From NCBI RefSeq assembly GCF_006345805.1, contig NC_043010.1, positions 15,624,001-15,688,000 of the forward strand: a stretch of DNA of 64,000 nucleotides, read 5' to 3'. The position numbers and the translations under genes were made by a program. Of the stretch, positions 51,753 through 64,000 are shown one piece after another; position 1 is the stretch's first letter; every line of letters begins with the position of its first letter. Source of the stretch: Octopus sinensis. Its lineage: Eukaryota. The notes under the pieces were generated by a model. The model saw only the letters and a program-made list of their open reading frames with translations. It did not search any database and was not told the origin of the DNA.

Positions 51753-51983
51753 GGCAGCGAGCTGGTAGAAACGTTAGCACGCCGGGCGACATGCGTAGCC
51801 GTATTTCGTCTGTCGTTACGTTCCGAGTTCAAATTCTGCCGAGGTCGACTTTGCCTTTCATCCTTTCGGGGTCGATAAATTAAGTACCAGTCACGCACTG
51901 GGGTCGATATAATCGACTTAATCCCTTTGTCTGTCCTTGTTTGTCCCCTCTGTGTTTAGCCCCTTGTGGGTAGTAAAGAAATA
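51753..51983 (+). mobile_element. Full-length Meta-domain-like SINE with 19-bp TSD
   Basis: TSD tatattttatataccagaa at 51734-51752 and 51984-52002; B-box GAGTTCAAATTC. Confidence 0.92.
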
Positions 51984-52189
51984 TATATTTTATATACCAG
52001 AAAAAGAAGACTAGATGAACACGGTTTCAATACCGACATATGATGGAGATTCATCACAGAGAAATATTTTTGCTAACAGAAAGCAACACAAGTGATGACA
52101 CTACACGAAGAAGACGACAAAACCTTTAAAATGGTTGAGAGTTTCCAAAACACACCAACAGATTTAAACAGAATCTACATAAGTAGACG

Positions 52190-52350
52190 CAGGCGTAGCT
52201 CTGTAGAAAGAAGCTTGCTTCCCATCCACATGGTCACGGGTTCAGTCTCAATGCGTAGCACCTTGGGCAGGTGTTTCTCACCATAACCCCCAGGTTAACC
52301 AAAGCCTTGTCAGTGGATTTGTTACACAGAAACTGAAAGAAGCCCGTCGT
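52190..52350 (+). mobile_element. CORE-like SINE, 5' half
   Basis: Degenerate head through GAAAGAAGCCCGTCG. Confidence 0.75.
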
Positions 52351-52364
52351 ATATATACATATAC

Positions 52365-52451
<87 letters not shown>

Positions 52452-52634
52452 GTATATGTATATGTATATAAAAATTAGAAAAATCACCTTTTATCAATTC
52501 AAAATGAACAATTAAATTACTCCATCTAGAAAATTACATATAATAGAAAAATGAAAATTTCTAAATTGAATTTTTTTCCTTGTAAGTTTGGATTTTATTC
52601 CCTCAAATAATAATTATATATATATATATATATA

Positions 52635-53856
<1,222 letters not shown>

Positions 53857-54099
53857 TGTATGTATGTATAAAAATACAAACTGGGATAAGAACGCAAAAC
53901 ATTTAGAAGACGATACAAAAAACACGGACAGGACATTCGAAGCCTTCAATCTTTAGTCAAGAACCGGATCATCCTCGCAATTTCGGCTGATTAATCTTGA
54001 GATTGCTCCAATCCGGCCAGCCCCAAGTAAAAACTAAGCTAAGCGCATTAGATTCCTTGGAAGAAAGCCTCGAATGTATACAAAACAAGGACAGAAAAA

Positions 54100-54136
<37 letters not shown>

Positions 54137-54139
<3 letters not shown>

Positions 54140-54428
54140 GAGGCGCAATGGCCCAGTGGTTAGGGCGGCGGACTTGCGGTCGGAGGATCGCGGTTTCGAT
54201 TCCCAGACCGTTGTGTGTGTTTATTTAGCGAAAACACCTAAAGCTCCACGAGGCTCCAGCAGGGGGGGGGTGATCCCTGCTGTACTCTTTCTCCCACTCT
54301 TTCTTCTGTTGGCCTGCTCGCTTAGCCAGCGGGGTGGCGTCGTTCGAAGGCTAAAACAATGCGAACGCATTGTGACCAGCGATGTGTAGCAACATCTGAT
54401 GGTCTGGTCGGTCACGTGATCACGTGAT
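54137..54428 (+). mobile_element. tRNA-Arg-headed SINE (GTCACGTGATCACGTG tail)
   Basis: Consensus shared with 8770-9078. Confidence 0.9.
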
Positions 54429-54479
54429 ATATATATATATAATATAGAGAGACAGACAGACAGACAGAGAGGGGAGAGT

Positions 54480-55190
54480 TAGCAGTTGTAGTAACCGACT
54501 AAGGGATAAAATATCCGTTATTGTGTTATCCCCGGGCAATGGTGTGCAGGGACACCATACACATCGAGCGCAGGTGACAACAGGGTAAACAAAAGTTTAC
54601 CAGGAACCAATGCAAATAATTAGAAAATGGAGAAAAACATAGATTAACCAGAACATCGATAGGACCACACGTAAAGCTTGTTTGTTAATACAAAGCAAGA
54701 CATAACAAAGCTAACAGCTGTTTCTGATCAAAATTCCCAGAATGCAGTCTGTACATAAATGCGAGAATAAAATTCTTCATCTTGATAGGGCATACGAATT
54801 AAGGCAACCGATCTTCCTCAGAGGGAAAAACAAGAGCATACAATATAAACAAGAGGGAGAAAGAAGAGGTAAGAAAGCATGGTTTAGACAAATAGTCTTA
54901 AAGCCCAATATGCTACGTGCACATAAGTATTTACTATCCGAGCTCAAAGAAGGTAGATGAGAGAATGAGCCGTAATTGGACTAGGGAATACTACAAGTTA
55001 TTAACGGGAGTGTGCAATTAGGAGGTGGGGGCAGGGTGTTAAAGGAAGAAGTTACCCAGTTCTATGTAAATAAGATACTAATTTTGATCCGAAACAGCTG
55101 TTAGCTTTGCTATGTCTTGCTTTGTATTGATAAAAACCTTTAAATGTACTTGGTTAATCTATTTTTACCCCATTTTCTAGTTATTTGCAT

Positions 55191-55191
<1 letters not shown>
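54480..55191. mobile_element. PLE remnant with inverted arms (54609-54735 / 55080-55191) and partial hammerheads
   Basis: Reverse-complement arms containing GAAACAGCTGTT; degenerate CCGACTA-A-GGGATAA..TTATCCC near 54495. Confidence 0.6.
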
Positions 55192-55230
<39 letters not shown>

Positions 55231-56183
55231 TGTTTTTCTCAGTGTTTGTGCCACCACCACCGCTTGACAACCGGTGTTGGTGTGTTTAAGTTCCCGTAAT
55301 TTAGAGGTTCGGCGAAAGAGACTGATAGAAAGAGCAAGGGTTGCGTAATCACACCTATTAGCTTACACCGGAAACAGCTCTATGAAAGTGATAACGTAAA
55401 GAAAGGAACAACATAATTCCTGTTCTTTCGTCATTCTTCAATTAATATTATGCTCTTATGCTCTGTACTCACCTGACGCTTAACTCTAAAACACAGGTAT
55501 ATTGAATATACTGAGAATTAAAATTTCGTTAAAAGTCCGTTGTAATATTTACAATTTTGAAAGAATTTAGAAGATTCAGATACTCTTAGGGTGACATTGT
55601 TTTTCTTGGAATGCAGGCAATAACCAAGAAACGATTTTTTTTGTAGTCTTGATATTTTGCCTTTTCTGGTGTTTGACCAGTTTTTAAGAATACTATTCGA
55701 TATCAGCTTCAAAGCGACTTTGATCACAGATACCGTTGTCGTTCTTAAATGCCACATTTTGTTTAAATCTCTATTTCAAGGTCGTCGTATTTACTTAACC
55801 CTACAAGTTTTGACAGAGGTGTTGCAGTCACCTGGGATTGGCATATCTATGAGCAAACATGTTTCGTCAATTTATTTGAAATCATTAATATTATCATTTT
55901 ATTATCATTATTATTATGTTTTTTCCTTTTTTCTTCAAATTTTCTTCCGTTTCTCGCCGAGTGTTTTCCATACACCTAGGGCAGAGAAGCTCATTGTATG
56001 CATTCCCAGATTACACGCGAAAATTCACAGGTAAAATATAAATTCATGGATGGATGTTGTTTTCACAGCGATAATGCTCTTCTCAGTACATGAGCCGTTC
56101 CAGTTAACACGATTTTTTGCACTTCCTGTAGGGATGGTAAGCCTGGAATCATTTTCAAATAGGTTTCAGTACCTTTTTTATTA

Positions 56184-56234
<51 letters not shown>

Positions 56235-56271
56235 TATTATTATTATTATTATTAATATTATTATTATTATT

Positions 56272-56477
56272 AAAGCGGCAATGTGGTTGAATCGTTAGCA
56301 CGCCGGACAAAATGCTTAGCGGCATTTCGTCCGTCTTTACGTTCTGAGATTAAAACATTCCTCCGGGATCGACTTTGCCTTTCATCCTTACGGGGTAGAT
56401 AAATTAAGTACCAGTCAAGTACTTAATTCGTTGTGAACGGCTATCCTCCTCCCTACAAATTCTAGGCCTTGTGCCTA

Positions 56478-56480
<3 letters not shown>
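56272..56480 (+). mobile_element. Meta-domain-like SINE
   Basis: GACTTTGCCTTTCATCCTTACGGGGTAGATAAATTAAGTACCAG. Confidence 0.8.
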
Positions 56481-56520
<40 letters not shown>

Positions 56521-56604
56521 TACCTTCATCACATAGCTTTTTGTATCTCCTCAACATTCGCATTTTATTGTTGTTGCTTTTGATCTAAACGAGATCCCTT
56601 CGCT

Positions 56605-57046
56605 TCATTCATCTTTACTCTTTTACGTGTTTCAGTCATTTGACTGCGGCCATGCTGAAGCACCACCTTTAATCGAGCAACTCGACCCCGGGACTTATTC
56701 TTTGTAAGCCCAGTACTTATTCTATCGGTCTCTTTTGCCGAACTGCTAAGTGACGGGGACATAAACACACCAGCATCGGTTGTGAAGCAATGCTAGGGGA
56801 ACAAACAGACACACAAACAAACACGCACACACATATATATATATCTATATATATATATATTATATATATATATATAATATATATATATATATACGACGGG
56901 CTTCTTTCAGTTTCCGTCTACCAAATCCACACACAAGGCTTTGGTCGGCCTGAGGCTGTAGCAGAAGACACTTGCTCAAGTTGCCACGCAGTGGGACTGA
57001 ACCCGGAACCATGTGGTTGGTAAGCAAGCTACTTATCACACAGCCT
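56605..57046 (-). mobile_element. CORE-like SINE
   Basis: Family consensus. Confidence 0.88.
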
Positions 57047-57210
57047 CTTGGTCAATTTTGTTGAGAAACTAACACACGTTACTCAGGTACTGTTTTTTTT
57101 TTCTTTTGTGGGCCTGACGAGTCGTACCATCGATGAAAATGTGCGTTTATGTAAAAATTCAAAGTTTCCTTTACAAAAACTAAACTAATGCCAAAAATAT
57201 CATCATAGGC

Positions 57211-57373
57211 GTAGGGTTGGTTGTGTGGTAAGTAGCTTGCTGATGAACCACATGGTTCCGGGTTCAGTCCCACTGCGTAGCACCTTGGGCAAGTGTCTTC
57301 TACTATAGCCTCGGATCGACCAAAGCCATGTGAGTGGATTTCGTAGACGGAAACTGAAAGAAGCCCGTCGTAC

Positions 57374-57428
<55 letters not shown>

Positions 57429-57692
57429 TGTATGTATGTATGTATGTATGTATGTATGTATGTATGTATGTATGTATCTGTATATGTTTGTGTCTGTGTT
57501 TGTCCCTCAACATCGCTTGACAACCGATGCAGGTGTGTTTACTTCCCTGTAACATACCAGTTCGGCAAAAGAGACCGATATAATAAGTACTAGGCTTACA
57601 AAGAATAAGTCCTGGGATCGATTTGCTCGACTAAAGGCGGTGCTCCTGCATGGCCGCAGTCACATGACTGAAACAAGTAAAAAAGTAAAGAG
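57211..57692 (+). mobile_element. CORE-like SINE
   Basis: Family consensus. Confidence 0.88.
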
Positions 57693-57739
57693 TATAGTAT
57701 TTGTGATGGGGGAATGAAAGACAAGTGTTATGTAACACT

Positions 57740-58235
57740 ACGAGGCCACAGTGATGTGGCCGCCATGGCTACAGCAGGCTTTGATAACATTTCCCTACCG
57801 GTTTCTATAGCTACGTTGACGTCACAGCAAGGAGACGAGAAGTAATCTATGTATTCAAAGGAAACCAATACGAGATGGTGACAGCCATTTGCAACAGCGA
57901 GCAGGAAGTTCGAACATTGGCCACAACAGCATGAACGTCTCAAGATTTGGTGAAGATCCCACAGTATATGGGACGTCGGCTGACCACATTTAGTGTTAAT
58001 GAACGTGTCACCATACAACAACATGGTCAGCGTAAAGACATTGGTTGAATGATCTGGAAAAATAGCAGAACTGAAGTTTTATGAGTTAGTCGTACAGGAA
58101 TACATTCCTGGCATACCCGATCGCTTTTTATTCGACGAGTGCTAACAAATGCGGGTGAAAATGGAGGATAGAAAACCCATATGTTACATTTGTGGTAACA
58201 TTTCTGATACACCACCTCTGAGCGTATTACCCAAC
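57740..58235 (+). pseudogene. Possible Tx1/L1 ORF1 fragment
   Basis: VKIPQYMGRRLTTFSV and [11 protein letters not shown] knuckle-like motif, with many stops. Confidence 0.45.
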
Positions 58236-58277
58236 GGTGGACAGAGAGAGAAAACAATTAGACAGACAGACAGGCAA

Positions 58278-58391
<114 letters not shown>

Positions 58392-58432
58392 GGATGGATA
58401 GATAGACAGATGGATAGATAGATAGATCGATC

Positions 58433-58532
<100 letters not shown>

Positions 58533-58629
58533 TAAATAGACAGACAGACAGACAGATAAATAGATAGACAGACAGACAGACATGTAGACAGATAGACAGA
58601 CAGATAGATAGATAGATAGAGAGATAGAG

Positions 58630-58678
<49 letters not shown>

Positions 58679-59004
58679 TTCCTTGGTGTACTAAATGTTT
58701 AGTTTGTTTTGTTTAGATTTTAGTTGCCTGGTATAAAAAAATATTTTATAACATTTTTTTCTGTAGAAAAAATGAACGACTAGCCGTACTGCTGGTATTC
58801 ACAAAAGACATCAAAGATAGCAGATAAAAGAGTGCAAAGACCAATTCTTCAACACATCTTAACAATTGAATAGCATATGATTTGTCCCCTCCGTCTCTCT
58901 TTTAACGCAACTTCTACCTCCTCTGCTTCCTTAAACTGTCCTGTCGTATAACATCTTCACCCAACTTTATCTAAGGTATCTGTCTTTCTTCCTCTTATTA
59001 AACC

Positions 59005-59389
59005 AGGAGGCGCAATGGCCCAGTGGTTAGGGCAGCGGACTCGCGGTCGTAGGATCGCGGTTTCGATTCCCAGACCGGGCATTGTGAGTGTTTATTGAGC
59101 GAAAACACCTAAAGCTTCACGAGGCTCCGGCAGGGGATGGTGGTGAACCCTGCTGTACTCTTTCCCCACAACTTTCTCTCACTCTTTCTTTCTGTTTCTG
59201 CTGTACCTGTATTTTAAAAGGGCCAGCCTTGTCACACTCTGTGTCACGCTGAATCACCTCGAGAACTACGTTAAGGGTACACGTGCTTGTGGAGTGCTCA
59301 GCTACTTGCACGTTAATTCCACGAGCAAGCTGTTCTGTTGATCGTATCAGCTGGGACCCTCATCGTCGTAACCGACGGAGTGCTCCTTT
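59005..59389 (+). mobile_element. tRNA-Arg-headed SINE, long variant ending CGTAACCGACGGAGTGCTC
   Basis: 10-bp TSD ttattaaacc; the same tail appears reversed at ~22860-22920. Confidence 0.9.
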
Positions 59390-60430
59390 TTATTAAACCT
59401 GCTTTCCATTCCCCTCTAAGCCCATCCCCAATTCTTCCTCATCAGGATAATTCTCTGGAATAATTCTCTTGGCAACCATGTTTGTTTGTTTCGTTCGTTT
59501 TCTACAGACACTTTGTATAAGTGTGCAAACTGAATGATAACCGTATCAATCTCATCAGGTTTTGGAAAGCCTGCGACGATTATGAGCACTACAATTTCCC
59601 CTTGATTAAATCACAAACAAACTAAATGAATTCCACGTAAATAATAAACGTGGGGATTACGACTGAACAATTCTAGAAGAGCTGCAGCGAGTGTCCGTAA
59701 CGTTATCGTTGTAGAATTTAGTCAGATAAATTCGAAGTTCTGTGATAGGTTTACGAGTGAAATTTTTCATTCGGTGTAAGCTTAGCCAACTTATCTTACG
59801 ACATAAAAGATGGTAAATGACTTTGAAAGAATTCCAATTTTCATTAATTCCAACGAGTAGACGGCAGAATCACACATATATTGATAAAAAGGTTGACAGT
59901 TTATGGCGACTGCCTCCAATCAAATGTTTTATTGAAACCGTTGTAGGAAAGACTTACACGCTAGTGGGGACGTTGATTGGCTGTTGGCATACAACTACGA
60001 CCACCACCACTACCACGATAGTAACAGCAGCAGCAGCAGCAGCAGCAACGGCAATAATCAGGAAAGTATAAAGATAATGTTCATGATGATGATGATTACG
60101 TTGGTAAAAAAATTAGTATTGATGGTTATGGTAATGATGATTGAGATGATGATGACAACGGACAACGGTTCATACTCTTCATGAGTCCTCCCTCTAACCT
60201 AATTGTAGGAAGATAACAAAGAATTATCTTTCGAAGTTAATCAGAGGGGAGGGGCAGCAACCATGACCTCTGTAGAACCTCTCAGATTGCTGACTGTGAT
60301 GCGGCCTCGACAGTGTGAATGTGCGCATGATGGTAAACCCTACTGGAGTAGGAGATGGTTTGGCAGAAGGTTCCTTTAGTGTGGATATTTGCCTAAAACG
60401 ATTGTTTCAATCACTCACCAAATTGTTTTT

Positions 60431-60730
60431 GTGGAAGCACATGGCCTAGTGGTTAGAGAAGCGGATCTGCAGTCGAAGGATCGCGGGTTCGAATCTCAGA
60501 CCGGGCGATGTGTGTGTTTATGAGCGAAATACCTAAGCTCCATGTGGCTCCGGCAGAAGATAATGGCGAGACTTCTGCTGACTCTTTCGCCACAACTTTC
60601 TCTCACTCTTTCCTCCTGCATCTTGCAGCTCACCTGCGATGGACCGGCGTCCCTTCCAGGTAGGGAACCTATACGCCAAGAAACCGGGAAACCGGCCCTT
60701 ATGAGCCAGGCATGGCTCGAGAAGGAAAAA
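60431..60730 (+). mobile_element. tRNA-Arg-headed SINE
   Basis: Consensus; TSD-like aa(t/c)tgtttttg. Confidence 0.9.
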
Positions 60731-61846
60731 AAAACTGTTTTTGATAGATCAGGAGTGAAGCTCAAACAAGTCAGCTGACTTGATCTTGCCATAAAGTCAA
60801 TACCTATGAAGATAGGTATTGTGCTGGTTAGTTGCGTTAAGGGCAGTTGGATGCAATATAAGGATCGAAGGTAAAGGCTGTCTCCACAGGACCCACTTGG
60901 TTAGGAAATGCCTTCTAGAAATACTTTCAGTAAGAGACCAACCAACAAGATAGCTGAAGTATGAGAGGAAGAAAAGCTTGAGGGTTCTGCAATACATGGA
61001 TGGATAGTCTTGCAAAAGTTGTGCTGTTGAATGAATGCCGTTCAAATTATAAAAGTAGATTCTTCCAATTGTTGTGTGCAATGTTTTTGCTTTGTTTTGT
61101 TTTGATTTTGCTTGAACTCACAACCCCCTAAATCACCCAAATGAATCACTAGGATGATCTCCGGATAGTCTTTGGTTTTTTTTTCTATTTCGTATGTAAG
61201 TGGGATGTGGAGAGACATCCCTAAGGGGGGGGGGGGTTCAATCATATCTGCTAATTTGTTTTTGACGGATCAGAAGTGAGACATTTCCAAGGGTAGTTAA
61301 TTTAGAACTAAAAAAAAGTTACGTTTATATATTTGTTGTGCAAGATTTTTTATGTGAAATTGTGTGTTGAAACAGATATTGTTGTATTTCGGAATGGTCA
61401 TTTTGCCAGTTTAGCCAATAAAAAACACACGCACTATATATGCCCGACGAATATGATTAGTATGGTGTGTAACACCACCACCAGTGGCCAGGTGGTTACT
61501 CATCTGTCTCGCTTTATGACTACGAAGATGACATACATACATACATACATACATACATACACACATACATACATGCATGCATACATACATACATACATAC
61601 ATACATACATACATACATACATACATACATACATACATACATACATACATACATACATACATACATACATACATACATACATACATACATACATACATAC
61701 ATAAAGATTTAAAGAATAATGACCAAAGCCATACACTTTCCTCCACAACCTTGCTACCAAGCAGTTGGCCGGTCGACATTATTCTTAAATTTATTCAGAA
61801 TTCTGAGCAGTTTTCGTTCAGTCACAAGGCATTGCCTAACTCAATG

Positions 61847-62149
61847 CTTTGATAAAAGATATTTGGTCAAGGTGTCACACAGTGCGGGATCGATCCTGCG
61901 GCGACATAGTTGCGAAGAGAAAACTTCCTTAGCATGCAGCCATGCCTACGACTGTTACGTGCAGGTACTCCAAAAATCTTGCCCATTCGTTCTATAAACT
62001 TTGATAAAAGATATTTGGTCAAGGTGTCACACAGTGCGGGATCGATCCTGCGGCGACATAGTTGCGAAGAGAAAACTTCCTTAGCATGCAGCCATGCCTA
62101 CGACTGTTACGTGCAGGTATTCCAAAAATCTTGCCCATTCGTTCTATAA
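61847..62149. repeat. Recent 152-bp tandem duplication of decayed SINE sequence
   Basis: ctttgataaaagatatttggtcaagg at 61847 and 61999, near-identical copies. Confidence 0.92.
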
Positions 62150-62301
62150 GCTTGAAAATGCAGTGTGGTTAACACAGCATAGCTTTGAGACATTAATCAC
62201 ATAGTGACTGAGAAACAAAACTTTCTTAATACATTTATTTAACTTTCTCGTTTCTGCGCAGTTTAATATCGTTGGTGTGTTGACGGTATTAACATACGTG
62301 T

Positions 62302-62352
<51 letters not shown>

Positions 62353-62632
62353 ATGGGGGTGGTGTGGAGAAGCCCCAGGTTTTGGTAAAGATTGCCGAGG
62401 TTGATGTCAAGGGGTCACTTTTGCAGGAATTTTTATTTCTCCTATCATTGCTCGTTGTGTCGTTGTGAAGGGAGCGACGGATTGACCTTGTGACGCAGCC
62501 ATGATTTATCTTCTGACAGTTACCTTGCTTAATGGCTCTCAACGTTACCTCCACCCACCCGCAACCTCTTCTTCACAGAAACACCGGCACACACACACAC
62601 TCAGTCACACGCAAGCATACATACATACATAC

Positions 62633-62688
<56 letters not shown>

Positions 62689-62720
62689 ATATATTATACA
62701 TATATATATATATATATGTC

Positions 62721-62752
<32 letters not shown>

Positions 62753-63064
62753 ACATATATAAACACATATATACACATATATATATATACACATATATAC
62801 ATACATATATATACACATATATATAAACATATATACACACATATATATATACATATATACACACGTATATATACACATATATAAACATATGTACACACAT
62901 ATATATATACATATATACACACATATATATATATATACTCATATATATACACCTATATACACATACACACATATATATACACACACATACACATATATAC
63001 ATATATAAACACATATATACACACATATATATACACATATACATACATATACATACATACATAC

Positions 63065-63110
<46 letters not shown>

Positions 63111-63555
63111 ATATAACATACATAAATGTACACATAAACATACGTGTGCGCCCATACCTAGAACACATGTATACACACGAGCACAAAAACACGTCTTCAT
63201 TCCCAATTACACATGAACATACTCAAAGAAACACACACACACACACACGAAACTTCTCGAGAGAGAGCAGCTGAGTGTTGTTGCGTAGTTACTGAATGTC
63301 AACCGCGTTTGTTATAGAAAATTACCGTTCACCTCTCTGACCAAGACATATTAGACTCTCCACCGCAGGTGTATCATTTATTTTATTACTCCCCACCACC
63401 ACCACCACCACTACACCATGCATTAATATATCTCTCTCAGTTGTCCACTATCACTCTGACCATTCTACACTGACATAATATACCTCACCTGTCCATAATC
63501 ATACTGACCACTATACACAGATATCTCTATAAGCTATTGTATTTCGAGATGGTCA

Positions 63556-63598
<43 letters not shown>

Positions 63599-64000
63599 AA
63601 ATTCCTTGAAGATGAACAGATATAGGCAACATTTTTCAGATACGATTTTCTCATAGTTTATCTCTTTAACTGAGATGCAGTCCTGCTTCAAATGAAGACC
63701 AAGACTGAGTACTGGACATTAAGAATGTTTTCAGGTACTCAGAGCTTTCTACAAGTCGGGCGATACGGTCAGTAGACCTTCCACACACTAAAATGTTATA
63801 AAGAAGTAGCGATAGGGAAGAGTAACGATGTTCTTGGCGAGAATCAACTGATTGGTCGATTTCAGAGGACTTTCAACCCAAAAAACAACCATGAGTAACT
63901 TTTAGAAATCCCTATCCTTGCAGTGCTATGGCGGCACGAGTTCGTTCCCTGTTCGAAATAAACTCTACACATACAGAAACGCCCTTAACTGCGCACAGAT

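Noticed and set aside
57105-57155. CTGACGA-GTCG..CGAT-GAAA motif
   Set aside because: Stem III is mismatched and stem I is absent; may be chance or heavily decayed.
59005-59080. Functional tRNA-Arg gene
   Set aside because: The tRNA-like head continues into a SINE body and is flanked by a TSD; it is one of many diverged copies.
62350-62560. Host coding exon
   Set aside because: Short ORFs with no recognisable domain and no convincing splice context.
63600-63960. LINE reverse transcriptase fragment on the minus strand
   Set aside because: Only a vague resemblance to an RT motif, with many stops; not supportable without a profile search.

Overview
AT-rich eukaryotic genomic DNA, most likely from an octopod (judged from the SINE families and the extreme microsatellite load). 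There is one 100-N scaffold gap at 31892-31991. No host protein-coding exon can be supported: nearly all supplied ORFs are translations of (TATG)n, (TA)n, (CA)n or trinucleotide repeats. The window is a transposon graveyard. It holds three tRNA-derived SINE groups (CORE-like, tRNA-Arg-headed with three different tails, Meta-domain-like), DD37D and DD34D Tc1/mariner relics, Merlin-, pogo- and Helitron-type non-autonomous elements, and fragments of R4/Dong-, HERO-, CR1-, RTE- and Tx1/L1-type LINEs. It also holds several Penelope-like element (PLE) remnants, including a ~1.9 kb RT+GIY-YIG copy with inverted termini. The most interesting signal is RNA-structural: many hammerhead ribozyme (HHR) motifs can be folded by eye. 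These include (i) minimal HHRs repeated in a ~600-bp tandem unit that also carries a SINE, a retrozyme-like layout (8491-9969); (ii) a non-circularly permuted HHR-like motif in a HERO-type LINE 3'UTR (15000-15050); (iii) head-to-head HHRs in a foldback (1689-1860); and (iv) near-canonical type I HHRs at 19435-19540 and 47535-47580. All ribozyme activity is inferred, not demonstrated.
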